Shown here piece by piece: positions 11,767-23,430 of a DNA stretch of 64,000 bases. The notes below the pieces were generated by a model. That model did no database searches and was not told the origin of the DNA. It saw only the letters and a program-made list of their open reading frames with translations. Location of the stretch: the NCBI GenBank assembly GCA_050273025.1, contig CP158636.1, forward strand, positions 2,914,001 through 2,978,000. Direction: 5' to 3'. This stretch comes from Cenococcum geophilum (lineage: Eukaryota). Each line of letters begins with the position of its first letter. The first letter of the stretch is position 1. A program made the translations under genes and the position numbers.

Positions 11767-13901
11767 TTCCTGCCCCGAGCACCTATTAACCTAGTAACCA
11801 AGTTCCCAATATATATTTCTTCTTTATACTTTCTTACCTTCTTTCTTTTTGTAAATGTCGCTAGTGTCTATACAAGTAGAGGTTATAAATCGCATTACGC
11901 GCAGAGCGTATGCAGTAGGGGCCGTATAGCGTAGCGTAGGTTACCTAACCACCTACGGCCCGATAAATAGCCCGACCTTTACTACCCCTTTCTTTCTCTT
12001 TTGGTAGACAAGATAGACACGAATAAACCAAGAAACAGTTACCTTATATTGCAATTACAGTACCCCCGGGTGATACTGACACTATTATAGCATTTATATA
12101 TTCTATTTAACTGTCTATTCCTAGGTAATATATAGTAGATAATAGTGCTTTAATGCGGAGTTAGGTAGTTAGTTTTTTCTAAAATATAAAGATAAACTAG
12201 CTACCTTTATCGGAGATAATCGTTTTAGGGAGTCTATAGAGTTTCTATATAATCTAGGAACAGTTAGGCAATAGTAGGTATTAATATATTAGGGCAGGCA
12301 ATTAAGTATTTTATCTTAAATAGTTAGTCTATAACTACTATAATATTTATATAGCCTTTACTTATAGGGAGGTCAATAATAAAGTTAATTAAGATGTCCT
12401 TCTATCTTCGGTCTAGAACAGGTAGTAGTTTTAGTAGGCCGTTATACGTCTTATATAAAGCTTCAGCTCGTCAGTAGATATAGCAGCTAAAGATATACCT
12501 TTGTGTTATATTATGCATATTTAGCCAGTAATGCTCCTATTAGAGTAGCTTTAGGGTTTTTATTTAGCCTGGGTAGCTAGCTACTAGTGGGTTATATATA
12601 TATTTAAGGAGCTTAAGCTTAAGTTTATTATAGTTAGGTATAACTAGGCGGTTTTAGTAGTATAAACGGTCTTTACAAGCTTTATATTTACTTAAAGAGA
12701 TCCTTTTAGAGCGTCTAATGCCATCTTATATTAGCTTAAGCGTCTCTTAGATAAACTCGTTATTTAGGTATTTATTAACTATAATCTATTTAATTAATTA
12801 ATTAGTTATTTTAAGGACGTATACTATAAGATCTTTAGTAGAAGGGTTAAATAGTTTAAGGCGAAGTAGGGTCTAATTTTAGTAAGAGCGCGCTTCTTTT
12901 AGGGCTAGCGCGTCTTACAAGTGTTAGGTTAGGGCATTAGGCTTTTAGCCTTAAACGCCTAGGTAGGATATAATTAAGAACTAGAAACGAGACAGATATT
13001 CTAACTAGCGGGCCTAATAATAACTTAGCTGTTTCGTGGTCGTAGGTTCTTATAGTCGCTAAGGACTTTAATTAGAAATTTGGCGCCTTCTAGTTTTAGT
13101 TACTATTATTTTAAGTATCTAATAATGGCTAGTAATTCTTTATTATAGATTTTATAATTATATTTAGTAGGGCTTAGTAGCTTTAAGAAGTATACTATAG
13201 GGTATAATACTCCTTCTTCGTTGTATTAAGATAGAATGCCTCTAGGAACGTAATTAGATAAGTCGGCTTTTATAACACTTATTCGTTCTAAGTTAAAGTA
13301 TTAGAGTATAGGTGTAGTAGTAAATATAACTTTTAGATAAGTAAAGGCCTTTTTATATTCCTTATTAAAGATAAAGGTTTTATTCTTTTAGGTTAGAGCT
13401 ATATAGAGTAAAATTAGGGTGGAGAAGTTATTAATAAACCATTAGTAGAAATTGGTAAATCCTATAAAGGCTCTTATATCCTTAACGCTCTTAGGTTCTT
13501 ACTAGTTTATAATTACTTTAACTTTCTTTAGGTCTATTTATATGCAATTTATAGAAGAAGCCTAAGGTATAGGACTTTTATTTTATAGAATTCGTATTTA
13601 TCTATATCTAATTATAACCTAGCTCCTTATAGGGTTTATAGGACAAGATTAATATATTTTTAGTATTTGGTCAGGTTATTATTATATATTAGGATATTAT
13701 TAATATAAGCGGTATAGAAGATATCTAGATAGGGACGTAGGGTATTATTTACGTAATATTAAAACAAGCTCGGAGCGTTTATAAGGCTAAAGGGTATTAC
13801 TAAGTACTTAAATAATCTATATTGAGTATAAAATATAGTAAGCTATTTATTTCCTGTTGTAATATAGAGGCGGTTAAATATAGAGATAATATTAAGCTTG
13901 G

Positions 13902-14327
13902 TGTTATAGACCTTATATTAGTAGTAGTAGTAGCACTATTAAAGAGAGATATAAACGGACTAGTGGTAAAAGTATAGGAGGTGCTAGAACTAGTTAAACT
14001 ATAGGATAAAGAGTAGCTAAGTTATATGGCTAGTTATATTATAAGTTTAGAATATAGGATTTATAAGATCTATCGGAACGTTATATACTTAAACTGTTTA
14101 ATATCCTAATATACTTAGTATTTCTTAAGCGCAGTATTATATATTTAAAGGACTATAGTCTCTACCTAGATAGTTCTCTTCTTTATAGTAAATCTTAGAA
14201 TATAATTAGAGTTAATCTATTAGGTAACTACTCTACTAGTTATTATTACGTTATTAACTTCTTATTTACCTATATGCCTAGCCTATTAATAAGTCTACCA
14301 TAATTCTTGCTATAAGGCTTTGTTATA
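13902..14327 (+). repeat. 5' LTR of F
   Basis: Starts TGTTATAGA and ends TGTTATA. The 3' half resembles the B LTR, and it is followed by a leader and gag start similar to B1. Confidence 0.75.
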
Positions 14328-14860
14328 CATTTACTACTAAGGTTACAGTATTAATAAAGTTAAATAATATACCACTAAAAGTACCAGCTATAACGCCGTC
14401 AACGGCAGTAACTACTTTAAGATTAGGTAATAATACTAGTATAGTAGATACTAACTTATAACTAGTTACAGTTAAACAGTTATAGAAAATAGTTAATTTA
14501 TTAATAGATAACAACAAGATACTTAAAGAAAGAATTATTAGAATTAGAGCAGCTAAGGTTAAGCTACTATTAATTAAGCAATTCTTAGGGGAGAAGTTAA
14601 AACTTAAAGGATTCCTTATATAAATATACTTTAAGGTTATATAGGAGGAAATAAAGCTAGCAATATTTATAGACTAAGTAGCCTATATAGGATTATTCCT
14701 AATAGGGAGAGTACTTAAGTAGTTTAAACCCTATCTTATAGAAGTATAAGAATATAGCATAGTAACTACTAATTAAGAAGTATAATATATGTTCGCTAGC
14801 TGAAACGGATTCGTGAAATAATTAATATAGATATTTAGAGACCTAGATATAACTACTATA

Positions 14861-15154
14861 TGTTATATTATGATATTCAATTACGCTGTTGCGGCTCCCG
14901 TTAGGGTCCATGCAGCGGGTCTATATGGGTCTATATATATACATGTATAAGAGGGGAACCGTACCGCTGGGGCCGGATAAAACCTCTCCTTCTCTTGTTA
15001 TACGGCCTATATGGCTTATTATGCGGCCTATATAGCCTCTCTTCTGATTGGTAACTGCCAAGCACGAGTAGACGTCTCTTTAAGGCGCTACAGAAAAGCC
15101 ATCTTAACGCGTACTCCTGGGTCTGTCCGGTGGGGTGTATAGCTAGGGCCTGGG
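14861..15154 (-). mobile_element. Short non-LTR insertion (5'-truncated LINE end or SINE), 294 bp
   Basis: Perfect 15-bp TSD gatataactactata (14846-14860, 15155-15169). The minus-strand 3' end reads AATTGAATATCATAATATAACA (short-repeat tail). More GC-rich than the flanks. Confidence 0.75.
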
Positions 15155-18100
15155 GATATAACTACTATAGTAAAATAAAAGCTTTAAAACCTAGTATAAT
15201 AACCCTTAGCAATTAAGTATACAACGTAGTTTTAAATATTAGCTATATAGTTTAAATGGAATAATAAGGCGCTTATAGTATAGTATAAATAGGGACTTAA
15301 AGTAAAAGTTTAGGACGTAATTATCCTAATAAAAGATATAGAAACCCTATAAGATCTAATTAATTAAGCAATTAAAATTAATAATAGAATCTACTAGAGG
15401 GAACAGACTAAGAAAGGTTAAAATAGAGTTTTATAGTTATATAAGGCGCAAAGTACGTAATAATAAAGTTAAAGTTAGAAACTATAGTATAGCGTAAAGC
15501 TAATAAACCTAAGTGGTACTAAAGAATCTAAAAGATAGAATAAGAAACCGTAGAAACCTAAAGGTTAAGGATTAAGTAATTATAGGAATAAGGAGTAAAG
15601 GCTAAACTAGGGATCTTAGTAGCAGAAGATATTTAGGCAGACTCTATAGTAAGAAAAATGGTTTAAAAAAGGAGCTTATATAAATTATGGAAAAGAAGGT
15701 TATTTTATTAAAGATTATAAAAGCAGTTAGAGTTATTATATAGTAAAAGGAACAAGACTAGTAGACGATATATATATATATATAGAGGGATAATAATATA
15801 CTGCGAGGAATAAAAGAATGTTTAATTAAGAGTTTTATATTTTATTATAATAATATATACCGAATTTATAAGGATACTAAGTACGGCGTAAGCTATTAGC
15901 CGTAAGAGCTAAAAAATACTAGAGTTTAGAGAAACTAATAAACTATCTTATAAATTAATATTAAGGATAATAAATTTAATATAGGCGAAATATTTAGTAA
16001 TAATAAGGTAATAAAGGCAGCTTACTAGAAGCATATAAACCTTAAAAAAGTTATAATAAAAGTAAAAACTAAGACTACTATAGAACGGGGGTTGGTAATA
16101 GAAATTATAACTATTAGGAATAAAGGCAAGTGGTCACTATATAAGGTATATTACCATCACGTATAGCAAATTGCCGTAACGTGCGGCAAGTTACCGTCAC
16201 GTATTACCGCGGCACTAGCGTGGCGAGGAGCCTTAAGCTCCTCGCCCTCCCTCATTAAGAATATAAAATAACAATTATTATACTATCTATAAACCGTAGC
16301 TACGTAATATCCCCTTATATAACCAACACTAATTAATAGTTAACTTCACTATTATACTACAGAGCAGCTAGGTATTCCACTAAAAAGAGACAAGCCACTA
16401 TACCAGTGCTACTCGTGCTAAAGGAAGCTATCTTTTAAGGTTAGAACTGGTCCTAAACCTTAAATAAAACTCTTCCATAAATCTAAGGATCTAAAGGCCA
16501 GAACTAGTCCTAAGCCTTTTCTAGATTATAGATTCTTACGTCCATTATATAGAATAATACGCTTTATAAGTCTTCGCGATTTAAGGCTAGAACTAGTCCT
16601 AAGCCCTATAATTGCAAATATATATTACGAACGCGGACTAAACAACAATCCCTACACCAATAACACTTCCCTCCCTCTAAAAACATGGCTACGCCTACCT
16701 TAAATAACTAGAAAGACTCCTTATTACTAGGGGTAGCTTTATACGCGAAACTTATTAATAAAAATTAGGACGAATTTACCTTTAATATAATAACTTATAC
16801 CGCAAAATAAGTTAATAGCTTTCTCCTACACTGTATTATATTCTACTAAAGTAAACACTACACTAATTTACAGCTGTGGGAATATTTTAGGGAGGATTTT
16901 ATAAGATGGACCGCTAACACCTAGGCACTTAGCAATATTAATATTATTTAAAAATTTTAAGACTTCCTTTATAGGAATAGGGTATACGTTACTAAGAACG
17001 GTAACCTAATTACTAGTAATATTTAGGCCGTTATTACTAGTATAGAAAAACTAGTATAGACAAAAGCTAAGATTATATATTAACTATAGAAACCTAAAAC
17101 CAACCTATATTCTTTAAAAGGCAACTTTAATTTAAAATAAAACCCCTAAAACACTACTCTCCTACCTAAAGGTACTCTTCTACCTAGAGGTACTCTCCTA
17201 CCTAAAGGTACTCTTCCTCTACCTTTACTACCTCTAGCTTTTCTACTCTAGCTAACCGGCAAGCCTCTACTATAAGAAGTTATAAATCTAATAAAGGTAT
17301 ATTTAGACGAAGAGAAGAAGTTTAGAGGAGAATTATATAATATACTCGGAGCAAAACTACAGGTCTTCTATAACTATTATAATAAGGTTAAAATTTAATG
17401 CTACTAGTACTACTACGCTTTCTCTATTATATTAAAGGGACAGGTAGTAATATTTTATTACAACTATATTACGGGTAGAAACTATAGCTTTAATATAATA
17501 CTTTAGCTTACTAGAGCCTACTTTAAGACTAATAAGAATCGCTAGCTTTATATATCTAAATAGCGGAAGACTATATATTAAAGAGTTATCACTTTTAACC
17601 CAATAAAGACTTATTTAGAGTGCCTTTAACTACTCTTTAATAAACTTTAGAAAATCTAATATGGCCTTACTAAAACTTACTAAAATAAGAACAGCCTAAG
17701 GGACTAGGTTATTTTAGTATGCTATAGCGTTCCTAAGTGCAACTTAGCGCTATATAAACCTATAAATACATTTAAAGGAGTATATGCTAAGCTACGCTCC
17801 ACTATAGGTACTATAATGCGAATATAAGAATCTTAATAGTTTTATACTAAAAACCCTACCTAACTAAGTAATCCTAACTAATATAATTATAACTAGACTA
17901 ACCAAATATATAGTAGCCGTAGTAGGGAATACAAAAGAGGGTATAATTAACGTTGATTATAAGGTAATTATAGAGGTCCTTATAGAGATTCATTTTGAAG
18001 TAATTGCTAAAAGAAGTGCTATATTTATAAGAAGCCAAATTACTAGTTAACTAGACACTCCCTTAATAAGTAAAAAAAGGCATATAATAAGTTCCGTTAG

Positions 18101-21100
18101 AGTATAAGAAATGTTAGAAATTATAAGGTTACTACGGCCTATTTTTAAAGCTTCCTAGTTTAATATAAAGGCGTAAAAGATCTTAAGGGTAAGGTTAATA
18201 AGGTTAAATAGCTCCTTATAGATATAGAAATTAAGGACTACTCTCCTAACCAATACTTTACTAAGTATAGTAAGGTAGATAGTATATAAACTATTGCTAT
18301 TTTTAATAACCAATCTACGCTCTATTTTATTATAAAATTAGACATCTTTAATAAGCTAAAGGAGAGTTCCGCGTTTTCCTTTAACAATAGATACTCAGCA
18401 AATGTTTTCTATAGTATTATACCGGATACTAGAGCCGCAGGAGTATCTATAGTAGGAGAACCTTAAGTTTAAGCTCTATAGCAGCTTAATAATTCTATTT
18501 AGATTAACTATTTAACGGCAGGCTAATATATAATACGTTTTAGTAAGAGTACCGCAATCTCTCTTGGTATAATTAGGGTCTAAACCCCCTTAGGATATAT
18601 TACTTTCTATATTATTCCCGCGAACACTCCGTTTTTATTCTATATTAAGGATATAAATAAATTAGGCGTTAAGCTTAATAACCTTAAAAATATACTCGTA
18701 TAGGGAGATAATTGGGTGCCTATTATACGCAAGTAGGATTACCCTTAGTTGCTCCTTTAATAACTAGAAAAGAGCGTTGCTTAAAGCTATTTAACTAAGT
18801 TAGAGTTACGCTAACTATACCATTATTTTAGTTACCTATTAGTTTACTAATTACTTAGGGTTCTCTAGTAAGTAGGCTATAAGGTTAAAATTAAGACGAT
18901 TAAACATCTTACGAAGTACTACTATTACTGCTAAATAAACTAGAAATCCCCTAGCTGATTTAAGTTTACCTTTAAAGATAACTATAACTTTAACTTCTAT
19001 ATTATTGTTGACGTTATATATCTTAGCGGTAAGCTAGTATTTTAAGTTATTAACTTTTTAACCTCCTTTTAAGCCGTATAATTTTTAAATGATATATTAG
19101 CTAGAAACGCATAGGATACCCTTTAATTATACTAGATTAATATCTACCTAGGACCCCCTAATTAAATTATTTATAACATAGAAAAGAACTTCTTATTTAT
19201 AGAGTTTTAATAATAGATAAAGGTAATGGTAATTAAGGTTAAGGAAGTCCCTATTAAGGCATATAATAGTATTAAAAAAGTAGAGTAATATTACACGCTA
19301 TTACGCCGCGTATATAAGATTATCTTTTTAGAACTAGAGGATGCTAGTAAAGAACTTACCTTATAAATAGCTATTAAAGCCGTTAATAATTCCACTGGCC
19401 TAGATAAACTTATACCTATATTACTAGTCTTTAGCGCCTACCCTTAAATAACTAACAATTCTCTACTATCTCCCTCTATTATATAATAAGCTAAGGCTAT
19501 TTATAAGGCAACTAAGGAGGTATAACGTCTCTACGCTATACGCTAAGTTAACAACGCACTAGGAATAAGAAATAGCCTAAATACCTTAACTACGCTTAAT
19601 CTGCCACTCTAGTCTAAGGTACGCGTATAGCATAAAAAGGGAGGATAGTTAGGCCTATATTAACTTATTATAATTGTTAGGAATAAAGGTATATAAGGTA
19701 TATTGCCGTCACGTATAGCAAGTTGCCGTCACGTACGGCAAGTTGCCGTTACGTATCGCCGCGGCACTAGCGTGGTGAGGAACCTTAAGTTCCTTACCCC
19801 TTTCTTTAAGAATTAAAAGAACAAGAACAACCATTATACTATCTACGAACCGTAGCTACGTGATATCACCTTATAAGACCAACACTAATTAGTAGTTAAC
19901 TTCACTGTTATACTATAGAGTAGCTAGGTATTCCACCAAGAAGAGATAAGCCACTATACTAGTACTACTCGTGCTAAAGGGAGCTGTCTTTTAAGATTAG
20001 AACTGGTCCTAAACCTTAAATAGAACTCTTTTATAAATCTAAGGATCTAAAGGCCAGAACTGGTCCTAAGCCTTTCCCAGATTATAGATTCTTACGTCTA
20101 TTACGCAGAACAACACGCTTTATAAGTCTTTGCGATTTAAGGCCAGAACTAGTCCTAAGCCCTATAATCGCAAATATACGTCTAAACACGTACTAAATAA
20201 CAAACGCGTACTAAATAACAATCCCTATACTAATAACACTTCCCTCCCTTTAAAAACATAGCTACGCCTACTTTAAATAACTGGAAAGACTCCTTACTAC
20301 TAGGGGTAGCTAAGCACGCAAAACTTATTAATGAAGATTAAAACGAATTCGCCTTTAATATAATAACTTATACCGCAAAATAAGTTAACGGCTTTCTCCT
20401 ATACTATATTATATTCTACTAAAATAGATGCTACGCCGATTTATAACTATAGGAGTATTTTAGGGAGGATTTTATAGGATGGACTGCTAATACCTAGGCA
20501 CTTAGCAACATTAATATTGTTTAGGATTTTTAAGACTTTCTCTATAGGAATAGGGTATACGTTACTAAGAATGGTAACCTAATTGCTAGCAAAATTTAGG
20601 CCGTTATTGCTAGTATAGAAGAACTAATATAAACAGAAGCTAAGATTATACGTTAACTACGGAAACCTAAAAACAACCCATATTCTTTAGAAGGCAACTT
20701 TAATTTATATTAAAACCCGTAGAACGCTAACCCCCTACCTAAAGCTACTCTCCCACCTAAAGGTACTCTCCTACTTAGAGTTGCTCTGCCTCTACCTCCT
20801 CTACTTTAGCTAACTAGTAAGCCTCTACTATAAGAAGTTATAAATCTAATAAAGGTATATTTGGATAAAGAGAAGAAGTTTAGAGGAGAACTATATAATA
20901 TACTCGAAGCAAAACTATAGGTCTTCTATAACTATTGCAATAAGGTTAAAATTTAACGCCACTAGTACCACTACATTTTCTCTATTATATTAAAGGGACA
21001 GGTAGTAATATTCTATTACGACTATATTACGGGTAAAAACTATAACTTTAATATAATGCTTTAGCTTACTAAAGCCCACTTTAAGACTAATAAGAATTGT

Positions 21101-23430
21101 TAACTTTATATATCTAAATAGTGGGAGACTATATTTTAAAGAGTTATTACTTCTAACCCAATAAAGACTTATTTAGAGTGCCTTTAACTACTCTTTAATA
21201 AACTCCAGAAAATCTAATATAGCTTTACCGAAACTTACTAAAATAAGAATAGTCTAAGGGACTAGGTTATCTTAGCCTACCATAGCATTCCTAAGTATAA
21301 TTTAGCGCTATATAAACCTATAAATACGTTTAAAGGAGTATATGCTAAACTATACTCCGCTATAGGTACTATAATGCAAATATAAGAACCTTAACAGTTT
21401 TATACCGAAAACCCTACCTAACTAAGTATTTTTAACTAACACGATTATAACTAGACTAATTAAATATATAGTGGCCGTAGTAGGGAATACGGAAGAGGGT
21501 ATAATTAATATTAACTATAAGGTAATTATGGAGGTTCTTATAGAGGTTTATTTTAAAGTATTTGCTAAAAGAAGTGCTATATTTATAAGAAGCCAAATTG
21601 CTAGTTAACTAGATACTCCCTTAATAAGCGAAAAGAAGTATATAATAAGTTCCGTTAGAGTATAAGAAATATTAGAAATTGCGAGGTTACTATAGCCTAC
21701 TTCTAAAGCTTCCTGGTTTAATATAAAGGCGTAAAAGATCTTAAGGGTAAGGTTAATAAGGTTAAATAGCTCCTTATAGATATAGAAATTAAGGACTACT
21801 CCCCTAACCAATACTTTACTAAGTATAGTAAAGTAGATAGTATATAAACTGTTACTGTTTTTAATAACCAATCTACGCTCCATTCTATTACGAAGTTAAA
21901 TATCTTTAATAAGCCAAAGGAGAGCTCCGCGTTCTCCTTTAACAATAGATACTTAGCGAATGTCTTCTATGGTATTATACCAGATACTAGAGCCGCAGGA
22001 GTATTTATAGTAGGAGAACCTTAAGTTTAAGCTTTTTAACAACTTAATACTTCTATCTAGATTGACTAATTAACGGCAGGCTAACATATAATACGTTTTA
22101 GTAAGAATACCGCAATCTCTCTCGGCACAATTAGGGTCTAAACCCCCTTAGGATATATTACGTTCCACGTTATTCCCGTAAACACTTCGTTTCTATTCTA
22201 CATTAGGGATATAAATAAATTAGGTATTAAGCTTAACAACCTTAAGAATATGCTCATGTAGGGAGATAATTAGGTGCCTATTATACGTAAGTAGGGTTAC
22301 CCTTAGCTACTCCTTTAATAACTAAAAAAGAGTGTTGCTTGGAGCCATTTAACTAAGTTAGAGTTACGTTAACTACACCGTTGTTTTAGCCACCTATCCG
22401 TTTATTAATTACTTAGGGTTCTTTAGCAAGTAGGCTATAAAGTTAAGGTTAAAGCAATTAAGTATCTTATAAAGTACTACTATTACTACCAAATGAACTA
22501 GAAGTCCCCTAGCCGATTTAAGTTTACCCTTAAGGATAACTACGACTTTAACTTCTGTATTATTATTAACGTTATATATCTTAGCGGTAAGCCAGTACTC
22601 TAAGTTATTAACTTCTTAATCTCCTTCTAAGCCGTACAATTCTTAAAGGATATATTAGCTAGGAACGCATAAGATACCCTTTAGTTATATTAGATTAATA
22701 TCTACCTAGGACCCCCTAATTAAATCGTCTATAACGTGGGAAAGAACTTCTTATCTATAAAGTTCCGATAATAGATAAAGGCAATGGCAATTAAGGTTAA
22801 GGAAGTCCCTGTTAAGGCATATAATAATATTAGAAAAGTAGAGCGATATTACGCGCCATTACGCCATGTATATAAGATTATCTCTTTAGAACTAAAGGAT
22901 ACTAGCAAAGAACTTACCTTATAAATAGCTGTTAAAGCTATTAACGATTCCGCTAGCCCAGATGGACTTATACCTACATTGCTAGTTTTTAGCGCCAATC
23001 CCTAAATGACTAACGATTCTCTACTATCTCCCTCTATTATATAATAAGCTAAGGCTATTCGCAAGGCAATAAAGAAGGTATAACGTCTCTACGCCACACG
23101 CTAGGTGTAAGGGGATCTTATAGACAGGGGGCTATAAGGACACGATTGGAATAGAATAGATTGGTAAAAGAGACGAATCCTTAAGGAGGTAAGGCCTCTG
23201 GGATCGTGGAGACTATATACTACGGGCACGTGCCTCCGGCACGTAACCGGCAACCATTTAAGGGGCGTCTGGGGGTTGTCCTAAGGGCAACCCAAGGTGT
23301 CCGCAATAATATCCCTTACATTACCCCCCCCCTTCTTGCGGTCGGCCCCCAATCGCTATTACCTTGCAGTAGGGAGATTATAAGGGCTCGTCCCGGAAGA
23401 GGTTTAGAAAGATATTAGAGAGATATCGGC

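Larger units (their letters stand above)
9266..12081 (+). mobile_element. Non-autonomous, gag-only Copia element C (GalEa-like), 2816 bp
   Basis: 217-bp LTRs at 9266-9482 and 11865-12081, TSD ctatt (9261-9265, 12082-12086), and CTAATTAGT right after the 5' LTR. Gag has a C-x2-C-x4-C-x4-H knuckle (CFVCKKGDCWSIRH, ~11031-11072). No PR, IN, RT or RH motifs seen. Confidence 0.9.
1..13901 (-). mobile_element. Gypsy/Ty3 chromovirus A (outermost host element; 3' LTR, chromodomain, integrase, RNase H and part of RT; interrupted by a solo LTR, B1, C and F)
   Basis: The minus strand gives RIP-degenerate motifs: chromodomain (EYFIKRI...KWRGF..P.WEP, ~560-720), integrase C-terminus (Y.LELP..VKIHPVFH, ~810-870) and RT (TLRPYLDIFCTAYIDDILIY ~13685-13745; TKLDIISAFNRL ~13865-13903). 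The segments rejoin across insertions at matching TSDs. The 5' part lies outside the window. Confidence 0.85.
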
